A stretch of 64,000 nt of DNA, taken from the IMG/VR virus record IMGVR_UViG_2806310948_000001, positions 1 through 64,000 of that record; one strand, given 5' to 3'. A program made the position numbers and the translations under genes. How positions within the stretch are numbered: the first letter of the stretch is position 1; each line of letters opens with the position of its first letter. The notes under the pieces are model-generated. The model did no database searches and was not told the origin of the DNA. It saw nothing but the letters and a program-made list of their open reading frames with translations. Shown here in pieces: positions 48,301 to 57,495 of this stretch. This DNA comes from a virus. Taxonomy: Duplodnaviria; Caudoviricetes.

Positions 48301-50127
48301 CTGAATGATACATATGGTGAGAAGATTACTGGAAACATCCAGACGCTTACAGAAACTGCGCAGAATGCCTTGAAGAGTGCGGAAACCAGCTTACAGAGCG
48401 GAGCTTATGGTACGATTGCAAGCACCTTTGATAATATGTTTACGTCTATGGATAATGGAAAAGGCTTCCTGGGAATTGGTGCAAATGCCGATCAGAGAGC
48501 GCTAAATGAATTGTATCAGTCGATGGCTCCGGATGTTAGTCAGATGGGAAGCCTGATTGACCAGTACAGAGAAGCAGGGCAGGCAGTGCCACAAAGCCTT
48601 ATGGATGGGTACAAGGAAGCAATCGAAGTTGGTGCAGCGGCAGGTGACGTTGATGCGGCTTGGCAGAATTACGCAAACCAGATTCTCGAATCTGGAAGCG
48701 AAGAAATGAAGAGCGTTTTGACGGATCCGAATAATCCGATGTACGAAAGTGTACGAGAACAGCTGCCTGATGAGCTTAGAACTGCAATTGACAGGGCTAC
48801 AGCAGAAACGACGACAGATGAAATAACGCTTGAAGGGCTGAGAGCTGCTGTCGATGGAGATGTGGATATTGATAAAGATTCCTGGGTATCGGCTATGAAC
48901 GAAAAACTTGGAGATCTTGCAACTACTGAAGAAGTTACGGCAGAAGGCGCAAAAATCAAGATTGAAGCTGGCGACTGTCTCTGGGATATCGGAAATGCTC
49001 TTGGCGTTGACTGGCATAAGATCGCAGAAGAAAACGGCATTGAAGAACCGTACATTATTCATCCTGGAGATGAGATTACGATTTCAATGGATACCTTGAA
49101 GGCAGAAGTGAATGGTGATGCCGCACAAGCTGCAATAAGTGACGCTATGTCTGCGTTAACAACTGAGGGAGCAGAGTTTTCTGTTACTGCCGAAGGAGTT
49201 AAGGTGGACTTATCAAACGTTGAGGTTGATTCAGAATCAGCTACAGCGCAAATTGAGGCAGCCCTTGGCATGGAATCCGGTACGCTTGCGGCGAATGACA
49301 TAACTGTAACGTCTGGGGCAACGGTAACGATTCCACAGGAATTAGTAAATGTTGATACTTCCGGTATTCAGAGTGCGACAGAATCGCAGACTGAAACAGA
49401 ACCGGTTGAGACAGATACAACTGCAAACGTTAATATCACTGATGCGACCACAGATGCGTCCGGAGCAAAAGAGCAAGCACAGTCAGAGGTTGAAAGTACA
49501 TTCTCTGAATCTATGCCAGCAGACGGACATACAGATGTAACTCTCGATCAGACCAATAATGCAGCAGAAGTATATTCTGAAGTTGCAGGAGAAGTACAGT
49601 CTACCTTCTCTAATCCGATTCCTGCATCATGCACCGTTAATGTAACTCTTAACTGGCATATAACAAATCCATCTGCCGGAATTACAACATCTGGAAGCGG
49701 TTCATCCGTTACAGCTACTATTGCAGGTAATGCAGAGGGAAGCATCGTTACCGGACCGTTATTATCCTGGGTAGGTGAAGATGGTCCAGAAGCTATTATT
49801 CCTCTTGGCTCAAAACGTCGTGACAGGGGTATGGATCTGTGGTTACAGGCAGGACGAGCGTTGGGCGTAAAAGAATATGCAGAAGGTGGAATGGTTGGAG
49901 ATGTTCCACTGTCAGGAGACTCCTCGGATTCTCCTTCCGGAAACTCTGGCAGTAATGGCGATAAAGGTCAGATTGTTGTCAATATGAACCCTGTCTTCAA
50001 CATTAATGGAGAAGGTGGCAATGACACGGTCAATTCCATCAAAGAGAAGCTTAAAGAATTAATCAATGAGATGTCTGGAGAACTGGCATCAAGATTACTC
50101 GAATCATACGCAAATATGCCGACGTAG
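45379..50127 (+). CDS. Tail tape measure protein with internal LysM domain
   Basis: TP901-type core (MSQVKAISGAT, EAFNYMAMAGW, LGTTSDIVTD); LysM at about 48952-49083; C-terminal GEDGPEAIIPL. Confidence 0.93.
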   Translation: MAETIRIEIPVNVVDNTGSGTSSVTRNLTAMERAFERADRAAQRFQRRSGVAAEIEIGADDSATPVLSAVENATEQIDGETAQVEVAADDSATQTVNAASDAVENFDGTSGDAEIGADDSATPVVSAASDAVENFDGMSGDAEIGASDEATPVIRAAQDAAESWGGSVFNATIGVIDAATAPISALASAAKNPVVQGASLIGASFGVAESVNSFQDFEAMMSQVKAISGATGQAFDNLTAKAQEMGATTKFTATESAEAFNYMAMAGWKPQQMIDGISGIMSLAAASGEDLGTTSDIVTDALTAFGLQAGDAGHFADVLAQASANANTNVSMLGESFKYVAPVAGAMNYSVEDTSLALGLMANASIKGSMAGTALKTSLANMAAPTDSMAAAMDKYGISLTDSEGNMKSLRGVIDNLRGSLGGLSETEQTAAASTIFGKEAMAGMLAIINASEEDYNKLSTAIGNSKDAAEGMADTMLDNLKGSFTLMQSAIEGTENAFGKRLSPYLRGIAGGITDMMPEITNGINAVMDVADDKIAGVKRKITDMTSSDEWKNADLFGKIDIAWDSIIAKPFGNWVSGDGAQLISSGLGTLFSSAAAILPGGEKAGLTSWLSAGVLAKGAVAIAQKGKSVVETLSPIGDAISNITEAAGSANDVMDFASNLGSMIPVGAKVGLAAAGITAAIIGIKLAIDKYNQTQLENSLEEHFGKIKLSADEVKDVAAGILNQKYLTNVELALNEVQNADNLRAEAQKALESNDVLEFKSRVGITLTADEQQEYTDNINTFVESKISELESRTFAAHIHVQTYLGGTEDGQTLAQNIKEWARADNLELSDLSNQLSQKVSEALKDGIIDVNEEEAISALQEKMNNITARWKEAEAQAQWDWINQKYGHMSAADLESGSFTDLMDEMRSQRETAMESVQADVTQWYSELNAMEAAGRITHAQNQSYQEQTGWYVRGQQGSELAKSLELGSNTLNDTYGEKITGNIQTLTETAQNALKSAETSLQSGAYGTIASTFDNMFTSMDNGKGFLGIGANADQRALNELYQSMAPDVSQMGSLIDQYREAGQAVPQSLMDGYKEAIEVGAAAGDVDAAWQNYANQILESGSEEMKSVLTDPNNPMYESVREQLPDELRTAIDRATAETTTDEITLEGLRAAVDGDVDIDKDSWVSAMNEKLGDLATTEEVTAEGAKIKIEAGDCLWDIGNALGVDWHKIAEENGIEEPYIIHPGDEITISMDTLKAEVNGDAAQAAISDAMSALTTEGAEFSVTAEGVKVDLSNVEVDSESATAQIEAALGMESGTLAANDITVTSGATVTIPQELVNVDTSGIQSATESQTETEPVETDTTANVNITDATTDASGAKEQAQSEVESTFSESMPADGHTDVTLDQTNNAAEVYSEVAGEVQSTFSNPIPASCTVNVTLNWHITNPSAGITTSGSGSSVTATIAGNAEGSIVTGPLLSWVGEDGPEAIIPLGSKRRDRGMDLWLQAGRALGVKEYAEGGMVGDVPLSGDSSDSPSGNSGSNGDKGQIVVNMNPVFNINGEGGNDTVNSIKEKLKELINEMSGELASRLLESYANMPT

Positions 50128-50141
50128 AAAGGAGAGAGGGC

Positions 50142-50843
50142 ATGGAAATATATTTAAAAGAGGCGGCAAATAAGCAATCCTGTCTTCGCTTTCCTTCTCT
50201 CCCAGACAAGGAGATTACTGTTAAGGGAAATTCAAAATACCAGAAGTACGATCTGATAAAAAAAGGAACCTTTGCATTTCCGGCTGGTCCAGATATCAGA
50301 TCATATGAATGGGATGGATACCTCTGGGGAAGAGCCAGAAAAAAGATGTCCACCATACATACGAAGTGGCTGGATCCGAAATCTGTTATAAAGAAGCTGG
50401 AAAACTGGCGAGATAAGGGAACGGTTCTGAACCTTATCATTTCTGCCGGCGGCGGCATCAATGTTGATGTGACGATTAATAGCTTTGAATATAAGAAATT
50501 TGGCGGGAAAGGAGATTACTTTTATAGCATTTCCTTTTATCGTTATCGTCCGCTTAAAATCCAGACCACAAAGGACCTTGGCATTGATAAGAAGAAAAAG
50601 AAGACGACAGCCCGAACGAACCTGAAAAAGAGTTCAACAGATAAGAAAAAACAGACATACACCATTAAAACTGGTGACTGCCTGTGGAATATCGCAAAGA
50701 AATTTTACGGATCAGGAGCAGATTGGAAAAAGATTTATGATGCAAATAAGACAGCGATAGAAAAGGCTGCGAAAAAATACGGGCATAAGGATAGCAACCA
50801 AGGGGACTGGATATTCCCTGGCACTATCCTTACGATACCGTAA
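50142..50843 (+). CDS. XkdP-like LysM tail protein
   Basis: YTIKTGDCLWNIAKKFYG...IFPGTILTIP. Confidence 0.88.
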   Translation: MEIYLKEAANKQSCLRFPSLPDKEITVKGNSKYQKYDLIKKGTFAFPAGPDIRSYEWDGYLWGRARKKMSTIHTKWLDPKSVIKKLENWRDKGTVLNLIISAGGGINVDVTINSFEYKKFGGKGDYFYSISFYRYRPLKIQTTKDLGIDKKKKKTTARTNLKKSSTDKKKQTYTIKTGDCLWNIAKKFYGSGADWKKIYDANKTAIEKAAKKYGHKDSNQGDWIFPGTILTIP

Positions 50844-50853
50844 AGGAGGAATC

Positions 50854-52096
50854 ATGGTTGATCCGCTGAAATATTCTTATTATTTAGTCCTCGTGACTGA
50901 AAAAAAGAAGAAATATGACATAACAAATTTTGTCGAAGATTTGGGATGGGAAGAACTGGAAAATGAACTTGCGGCCAGATTGTCGTGCACTGTAAAGAAT
51001 GATAAGACCACAAAAGGCAGGATTTCCAGTTTGTCTAAACCAGGATGTTATTTGTACTTGTATTATCGGTACAAGACTGGAACTGCACAGGAAGCTATGC
51101 GTGGCCGGATTGTAGAATGGAATCCATCTGCAAAGTCAACCATTAAAGCTGAAGGCCTATGATAACCTGTATGATTTGCAGGAGTCGGAAGACTGTGTAT
51201 ATTATTCTTCCGGAGCAAGAACCAAGCAGGTTATACAGGATTATTTCAAGAAATGGGGTATACCAATTGGCAAATATGCCGGGCCTGATGTGACTCATGG
51301 AGTTATCAAAGAAGATAAAAAGAAGCTTGGAACGATGGTTAAGGATATTCTGGACGAAGCAAAGAAAAAGGGTGGAGGCTATTCGGTAATCCGCTCTGTA
51401 AAGGGCAAGGCCCAGATTCTGGCGATTGGCAGCAACAAGAACATCTATCATTTTGCTGAGACAGAAAATCTAATAAGTGTTTCTCATAAGATCAGCACTT
51501 CGGGAATGGTTACACGAGTAAAGATTCTCGGAGAAGCAGACGATGATAAGCGTAGGCCAGTAGAAGCTACGGTTGATGGTCAAACAAAGTACGGCATCCG
51601 CCAGAAGATCCTTACCAGAGGCAAGGATGACAGCTTAGATGAGGCGAAGAAAGAGGCAAAAGAAGTTCTTGAGGATGATGGAAAACCCAAGCAGGAAATC
51701 AAAGTGGTTGCTGTTGATCTTCCTATTATCCGAAAGGGAGATATTATTCATTTGAAAATGTCTACCGGATCTGGATATTATTGGGTAACGGCTATTACAC
51801 ATGATTGCGACAAAATGGAAATGACTATGACCTTGAAGAAAACTAAACTGAAATCTTCGCCCTCGAAAAAGGATAACAAGAAAAAGGATGGAGATTACAG
51901 CATCGGAGATACAGTCAACTTCCATGGCGGTTATCATTATGTTTCTTCGGATGCAACATCAGGATACAAGGTAAGCGCCGGAAAGGCGACTATAACACAC
52001 AGTAATCCGGGCAGTGCTCATCCATGGTGCTTGGAAAATGTTAACTGGGCTGAGACCCATGTATGCGGCTGGGTAGACGAAGGCTCGTTTGATTAG
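50854..52096 (+). pseudogene. XkdQ-like baseplate hub gene split by a frameshift near 51135
   Basis: Frame 1 reads WNPSAK; the +1 frame is open from 51116 and reads SQPLKLKAYDNLYDLQESED into the 51176 ORF, which has only a TTG start and no RBS. Confidence 0.75.
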
Positions 52097-52104
52097 GAGG
52101 ACAT

Positions 52105-52449
52105 ATGGCATATGACAGTAATGACGGTGTCGCACGATTAGCTGCGGTATTAGATGCAAGAATGAAGGATCACGCAGATAAGCCGCTCTGCCTTGATTTT
52201 GCAGAGATTCAGGCAGACGGCAGCCTGCTCTCGAATACATTTCCGATTCCGCATAATGATTACAGAGTTTGCAGGCAGCTGACAATTGGAAAAACAGGAG
52301 ATGCATTTTGCGATGTCCGGGCAGATGAACATTCTGGAAAAGCATATCTTCCGGAATCTATGCGGCAGTTGCAGGCCGGAGACAGAGTGTTGATTGCGTG
52401 GGTGCAAGACACTGCTGTTGTGATCGACATTATAACCAGACCGGTATAG
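52105..52449 (+). CDS. XkdR-like baseplate spike region protein
   Basis: LQAGDRVLIAW; position. Confidence 0.7.
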   Translation: MAYDSNDGVARLAAVLDARMKDHADKPLCLDFAEIQADGSLLSNTFPIPHNDYRVCRQLTIGKTGDAFCDVRADEHSGKAYLPESMRQLQAGDRVLIAWVQDTAVVIDIITRPV

Positions 52450-52470
52450 GAGGACATATTAGGAGGACAT

Positions 52471-52923
52471 ATGGCAGACAATAACTTATATCCGGTGGTG
52501 GATATACCGGAATATGAGGAAGAAAATGAAGAATATGATACAGAGTACAAGCCATCTGTGGCGTGGGACTTAGAGAAAGGAGATTTCGTTTGTGAATCTC
52601 CTTTTTGTATGCTTAAAAGCGAAGGGCTCGAAGCGTACAAGATATGGTGCGTGAAGGCCGTATCAACAGAAAGATATAGTTGCCTCGGGTACGACGATGA
52701 CATCGGTGCAGAGATGGAAGATGCCATGAAGGAAGAAGATGACACAGCTGTGGAACTGGCAATTGAACGTACCATAGAAGAGGCTCTGATGGTAAATCCA
52801 AGGACTGAATCCGTAGAGGACTTTGAGTTCTCATGGGAACCATCTGTGGTTTATGTGAAATTTACAGTGTACGCAATACACTGGGAGAAATTCGATTTAG
52901 AAGTAACATTGAAAAGGAGATGA
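52471..52923 (+). CDS. XkdS-like (DUF2634, gp25-like) baseplate protein
   Basis: AVSTERY...IGAE...IEEALMVNPRTESVEDF. Confidence 0.85.
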   Translation: MADNNLYPVVDIPEYEEENEEYDTEYKPSVAWDLEKGDFVCESPFCMLKSEGLEAYKIWCVKAVSTERYSCLGYDDDIGAEMEDAMKEEDDTAVELAIERTIEEALMVNPRTESVEDFEFSWEPSVVYVKFTVYAIHWEKFDLEVTLKRR

Positions 52924-52927
52924 GAAT

Positions 52928-54058
52928 TTGACAGAAGAATTTGTAACTCCAGAATTTATAGATAACAGCGATCCTGATACAATCCAGTCCCGGATGATGA
53001 ATAATCTGCCAGTTGATATATCTGATATGCCGGCAGACTTTCCATATGATTTTACCATGCCGACTGCAATCGAGATCTCCAGACTGATACAGTACAACCT
53101 TACCCGAACATTGATGCTTATGTTTCCACTTTGGGCCTGGGGTGAATGGCTTGATCTGCATGGAGTATCTGCAAAGGTAACACGAAAGCAGGCAAGCAGA
53201 GCTTCCGGCCATGTGACCGTCACAGGCATCGCTGGAACGATTATCGAGGAAGGGACGGTATTTTGCACAGAAGGTACGACAGATGTCGAATCTGTTGAAT
53301 TTGCGACGACTGAGGAAGCAACTATACCAGAGCAGGGAACGGTTGACATACCTGTTGCGTCTGTTTTAACGGGAGCTACCTATAATGTTACAAGAAATAC
53401 TGTGACATTGCAGAAGCAGCCCAACGAGAATATCACTTCCGTAACAAATGAGAACCCTATCAGAGGTGGTACAGATGAAGAAGACGACGATACATACCGG
53501 GAGAGAATCCTTGAGAAACTGCGGTCAGCGGAGGTGAGCTTTGTTGGCTGTGATGCAGACTATGTCAGATGGGCGAAGGAAGTGTCCGGTGTGGGTTCAG
53601 CTGTCGTAGAACCGGAATGGAAAGGACCTGGAACTGTAAAAGTTGTAGTTGCGGATCCGGATGGCAGCGCGGTTGGCGAAGAAACTCTGAAAGCTGTCGA
53701 GAATTATATCGTATCTCCGAAGGACAGATTGAAGAGGCTGGCTCCGATCGGAGCTTCCGTAACTATATCCACTGTACAGGATATGACGATGAAGTACAGA
53801 GCAGTGATTGAACTTGAGAGCAATTACAGCGTTGACAATGTGAAGGAAGCATTCTTGTCGGCGTTGAAAACCTATTACAGAACTGCGAAGGACAATGAAG
53901 AAATCAGATATACAGTTGTATCGGCATTGTTGTCAAATACGGCTGGCGTAATTGATTTTTCTGGCTTAAAGATTAATTCAGGCACAGATAACATAGCTGT
54001 TGCGGCAGATTATTATCCGGTAACAACACTGAGTGACCTTGATTTTACGGAGGGATAA
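52928..54058 (+). CDS. Baseplate J / XkdT-like protein
   Basis: GEWLDLHG, GGTDEEDDDTYRER, DYVRWAKEVSGV, WKGPGTVKV. Confidence 0.92.
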   Translation: MTEEFVTPEFIDNSDPDTIQSRMMNNLPVDISDMPADFPYDFTMPTAIEISRLIQYNLTRTLMLMFPLWAWGEWLDLHGVSAKVTRKQASRASGHVTVTGIAGTIIEEGTVFCTEGTTDVESVEFATTEEATIPEQGTVDIPVASVLTGATYNVTRNTVTLQKQPNENITSVTNENPIRGGTDEEDDDTYRERILEKLRSAEVSFVGCDADYVRWAKEVSGVGSAVVEPEWKGPGTVKVVVADPDGSAVGEETLKAVENYIVSPKDRLKRLAPIGASVTISTVQDMTMKYRAVIELESNYSVDNVKEAFLSALKTYYRTAKDNEEIRYTVVSALLSNTAGVIDFSGLKINSGTDNIAVAADYYPVTTLSDLDFTEG

Positions 54059-54060
54059 AG

Positions 54061-54819
54061 ATGCATATAGATAATATTGATCTGGAACATTTTCCTACGA
54101 ATGAGGTTGCTCAGAGGCTCCTGACGTATGTGACAAGAGGCTGGTACGATAAATCGTATGTTGGAAAATGGATATACGAGGTTATCGGACTGGAGTTGGA
54201 GACTGCAAGCAGGAGGATTGACGAAGCACAGAAGCAGGCGTTTCCGGAAACAGCTGCATGGGGAATGTATCTTCACGAGTTTATGTATGGAATACCTATC
54301 GACAGAACAAAAGACATTGATGATCGCCGAAAAGCAGTCGTGAATCGACGCGATAGGACGACCAGATCGTCCATTACGCCTTATAGGCTCGAGAACATTA
54401 TACAGACCGTATTTGGGCTTTCTGCGAGCGTCTCGGAGCAGGTAGAGAAGTATGTGTTTGGTATCGACCTGTTGATCGGAGCAGATTATCCGATATATTC
54501 CGTCGATGTTTTGCTGGAATATATCCGAAAAATAAAACCATCCCATCTGTCAATGCAGGCTCGATATGTTATTGAAGCCGCAATATGCAGTGAGAGGGAA
54601 AGAGTTCTATTCCCAGCGTTAGACATAGGAATGCAGCATGTCTGGACAGAAAGATTTTCTGTACCATCGGTTGAAGTTAAATGTGAAATAACAGAAAAAC
54701 TTCCGGTTGGAATGACCGGGAATGTTATGATCTACAAGAATCTCAATCAGTGGAATGGAGAGTACAAATGGGATGGAACGATAAAATTTGATACAGAAGT
54801 AACAACGGAGGAATTGTGA
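54061..54819 (+). CDS. XkdU/YmfQ-like (DUF2313) baseplate protein
   Basis: FPETAAWG, IRKIKPSHL. Confidence 0.8.
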   Translation: MHIDNIDLEHFPTNEVAQRLLTYVTRGWYDKSYVGKWIYEVIGLELETASRRIDEAQKQAFPETAAWGMYLHEFMYGIPIDRTKDIDDRRKAVVNRRDRTTRSSITPYRLENIIQTVFGLSASVSEQVEKYVFGIDLLIGADYPIYSVDVLLEYIRKIKPSHLSMQARYVIEAAICSERERVLFPALDIGMQHVWTERFSVPSVEVKCEITEKLPVGMTGNVMIYKNLNQWNGEYKWDGTIKFDTEVTTEEL

Positions 54820-55190
54820 TGGAAGGAAAGGTAACAGTAGTAGGAAGGACGAAAATCCTGAGAGCCAGAGCCGGAGAGATCACTCTGCCTAAGATTGTAG
54901 GATTTGCGTTTGGAAGTGGCGGCTCGAATGGTTCAACAGTTCTTAGTCCGGGAGAAACATTGAAAAATGAATTTCTTCGAAAAGCGGTAGATGGACATAC
55001 GCTTAAAACCAATGAAAACAAGTGCGAATATTATTGCACATTAAATGGATCTGAAGCCAACGGAAAGAGCATAAGTGAAATCGGATTGTATGACTCTGAA
55101 GGAGACATCATCATGATTGCTAATTTTCTTCCAAAAGGTAAAGATTCGAATGTATCAATGAGATTTGAAATTGATGATGTTTTACAGTAA
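54816..55190 (+). CDS. Phage tail-collar fibre protein
   Basis: ISEIGLYDSEGD; position after the baseplate. Confidence 0.75.
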   Translation: MMEGKVTVVGRTKILRARAGEITLPKIVGFAFGSGGSNGSTVLSPGETLKNEFLRKAVDGHTLKTNENKCEYYCTLNGSEANGKSISEIGLYDSEGDIIMIANFLPKGKDSNVSMRFEIDDVLQ

Positions 55191-55204
55191 GGAGATGATT
55201 ATAT

Positions 55205-55807
55205 ATGGCGAACGTGGTTATCCCGGAGAATCCGGAGTTCAATGAAGCTTTGAGAATCATCGAGACAGAGGATCTGGTTCATGCGAATGTAGTAAATCCT
55301 ATGTTTAGGACATTACTGCTTAATACTATATATCTCGAACGACGGGTAGCAAAGATGATCGAACGGATTGACACACTTGCGATTGACAATACCTATGGAG
55401 GACCAGAGCTGTCGGCGGATGCAAATATCGTAGATGCAAGCGCGCAGTTCAGCGTTATCAGGAAAACGTCGTCGACAGCATCAGTACAGACACTGTTTCA
55501 AAAAGCAATCGATAGTCTCAGAAAAGGACTCTATAGCTTGTTGATTAGAGTGAAAGTGAACTCAAATTCAAATAACGGCGGGCTAATCGAATTAAATGTA
55601 ACGTCTGGCGGAGCGATATTGGAAACCAGAACTATTACTGCAAATATGTTTGAAAGAGCAGGAGTTTATCAGACGTTTGGACTTAATGTTGAATTGAATG
55701 ATACGGTTACTATTACTGCGAGATTGCTGAAAAATAGCGCAAATATAACGGTGTCCGTTGATTATGTCATGCTTCAGCCGGCTCAGACAGCAATCACGAG
55801 TTTGTAG
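55205..55807 (+). CDS. Short tail-fibre-like protein with beta-rich C-terminal domain
   Basis: DLVHANVVN...LLNTIYL fibre-type N-terminus; beta-strand-rich C-terminus. Confidence 0.55.
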   Translation: MANVVIPENPEFNEALRIIETEDLVHANVVNPMFRTLLLNTIYLERRVAKMIERIDTLAIDNTYGGPELSADANIVDASAQFSVIRKTSSTASVQTLFQKAIDSLRKGLYSLLIRVKVNSNSNNGGLIELNVTSGGAILETRTITANMFERAGVYQTFGLNVELNDTVTITARLLKNSANITVSVDYVMLQPAQTAITSL

Positions 55808-55818
55808 GCGGTGGCTAT

Positions 55819-56349
55819 ATGATATCAGCAGAGAGACTTGTAGAATTGCGGGCAAAAGTAAAAAAAGAAATGGCAAGGAGAAGCTGTGTGGAGCATGGTT
55901 CAAGCGCTTCAATGAATAAATTTGCTGCAAATTATGATTATAATGTTGTTCCGGTCACTGGGGGAGACATTACAGATGAACATATACAAAAGGTTATTGA
56001 TCCGCTGCTTAATGTAGCGGATTTTTTGCAGAATAACAGCCTGCAACAGAGTCATAGTGGAGCAGATGTGATCGTCGATCAGGCGGAGAAATTTGTTGAT
56101 ACCCTTGCAAAAATAGATAAGCAGGCAAGTGATAGTGGGTGCAGAGGACTCTGTACGGGGTTATGTGTAGGTTCTTGCACATCTGGCTGTCAGGGATGCA
56201 CTGGGTGTACTGGTGGTTGCGATACCACTTGCGCAAAGAGTTGTTCAGATGGCTGTTCTACATCCTGCGGTGGTTGTTCAGATGGCTGTTTTTCTGGATG
56301 CACACATACCTGTGGTTCCGGATGTACAACCGGCGCGATGACTACATAA
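55819..56349 (+). CDS. Cys-repeat protein A (N-terminal domain plus 17-Cys CXXX tail); candidate radical SAM substrate
   Basis: GCRGLCTGLCVGSCTSGCQGCTGC...; adjacent to the radical SAM gene. Confidence 0.8.
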   Translation: MISAERLVELRAKVKKEMARRSCVEHGSSASMNKFAANYDYNVVPVTGGDITDEHIQKVIDPLLNVADFLQNNSLQQSHSGADVIVDQAEKFVDTLAKIDKQASDSGCRGLCTGLCVGSCTSGCQGCTGCTGGCDTTCAKSCSDGCSTSCGGCSDGCFSGCTHTCGSGCTTGAMTT

Positions 56350-56367
56350 TGAGAGGAGGTGATATCT

Positions 56368-57156
56368 ATGGCGTGTTCAAAAGGATGTGGAACGAGTTGT
56401 GCAACGAGCTGTAAGTCCACAGCGTCTGGCAACTGCGGCGGATGCGGGACTTCTTGTTCACGAAATTGCAGTACGATATGCTCAGGTACCTGCTCTGGTA
56501 CTTGTAACAAAACATGCACAAAGCAGTGCAATCATAATTGTTCGGATGAATGCACTGGATGTCAACGGACATGCGCAGATGATTGCGAGGCAGGATGCAA
56601 AACGGATTGCCTTCAGACCTGCACAGCGAATTGTTCAGACACTTGCGCAGACTGCACAGGTGGATGTGGAAACAGTTGCTTTGCGACATGCGCTGATGAC
56701 TGCACAGGTGGATGCAAAGGCGGTTGCAACACGACATGCACAGCGAATTGTATGAACGACTGCAATACCTGGTGCGAAGGAGGATGTTATTCTTCATGCA
56801 CATGGACTTGCGAAGGATGCAGTAATACTTGCACTGGTACCTGCTCCGGTACCTGTTCTGGTACCTGTTCTGGTACCTGTTCTGGTACTTGTCAGGGTTG
56901 TGATAATAAGTGCACAGCTTCCTGTGCTCAGTCTTGTACTGGTTGTAGCGGCTGTTCGGGTTGTGGAAATTCCTGTGGTTCCGGATGCACAGATAGCTGC
57001 ATGGGAACCTGCAAAAGCAATTGTTCTGGAGGCTGCGGAACCAGCTGCGGAGGATGCTCTACATCCTGTGCATCAAGCTGTCAGAGTGATTGTGGCGGGA
57101 CCTGCAGGAATCAGTGCTACGGACAGGCGACTACACCGATATATTCATTTAATTAG
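56368..57156 (+). CDS. Cys-repeat protein B (about 64 Cys in 262 aa, CXXX/CXX periodicity); candidate radical SAM substrate
   Basis: GAGGAGG RBS; continuous C-x3-C repeats rich in S/G/T. Confidence 0.85.
   Translation: MACSKGCGTSCATSCKSTASGNCGGCGTSCSRNCSTICSGTCSGTCNKTCTKQCNHNCSDECTGCQRTCADDCEAGCKTDCLQTCTANCSDTCADCTGGCGNSCFATCADDCTGGCKGGCNTTCTANCMNDCNTWCEGGCYSSCTWTCEGCSNTCTGTCSGTCSGTCSGTCSGTCQGCDNKCTASCAQSCTGCSGCSGCGNSCGSGCTDSCMGTCKSNCSGGCGTSCGGCSTSCASSCQSDCGGTCRNQCYGQATTPIYSFN
56836..56892 (+). repeat. 12-bp in-frame tandem repeat (encodes CSGT)
   Basis: GGTACCTGTTCT three times exactly (56848-56883) plus two degenerate flanking units. Confidence 0.9.
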
Positions 57157-57165
57157 GAGGAAAAA

Positions 57166-57495
57166 ATGAGAACAGTAATTATTAAAGTAGACAGCAAAGA
57201 GGCAGAGTACATCGAAAGACTGGACTACGAAAGGGGATTTACTAAAGATGTCCTGCAGAGAATCATCGAATCACATATGGAAGACCCAGATGTAATCAAT
57301 AGCCCGGCATTTAAGGCTTATCAGAAACAGGGAGCGGAATTGGATGCACAGTTCAGCATGGCAGTAGCAGAGCTTGAGAAAAAATATATTCCGGAGATTC
57401 TTAAACATCACAAGACCAAATGGAATCTTGAGTACAAGACAGGAGAACTGAAAGTAGACATTCTGTGCAATTGTGAAATTGAGGGAATCAAATGA
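57166..57495 (+). CDS. Accessory protein of the CXXX-repeat modification system
   Basis: 109 aa between substrate and rSAM; ends KY...WNLEYKTGELKV, resembling CXXX-system accessory proteins (from memory). Confidence 0.6.
   Translation: MRTVIIKVDSKEAEYIERLDYERGFTKDVLQRIIESHMEDPDVINSPAFKAYQKQGAELDAQFSMAVAELEKKYIPEILKHHKTKWNLEYKTGELKVDILCNCEIEGIK

Noticed and set aside
56190-56803. Alternative-frame ORFs over the Cys-repeat genes
   Set aside because: By-products of the repetitive codon pattern; the Cys frame has the RBS and fits the adjacent rSAM.
56836-56892. Tandem repeat as a CRISPR array
   Set aside because: 12-bp contiguous units inside a coding frame, no spacers, no cas genes.
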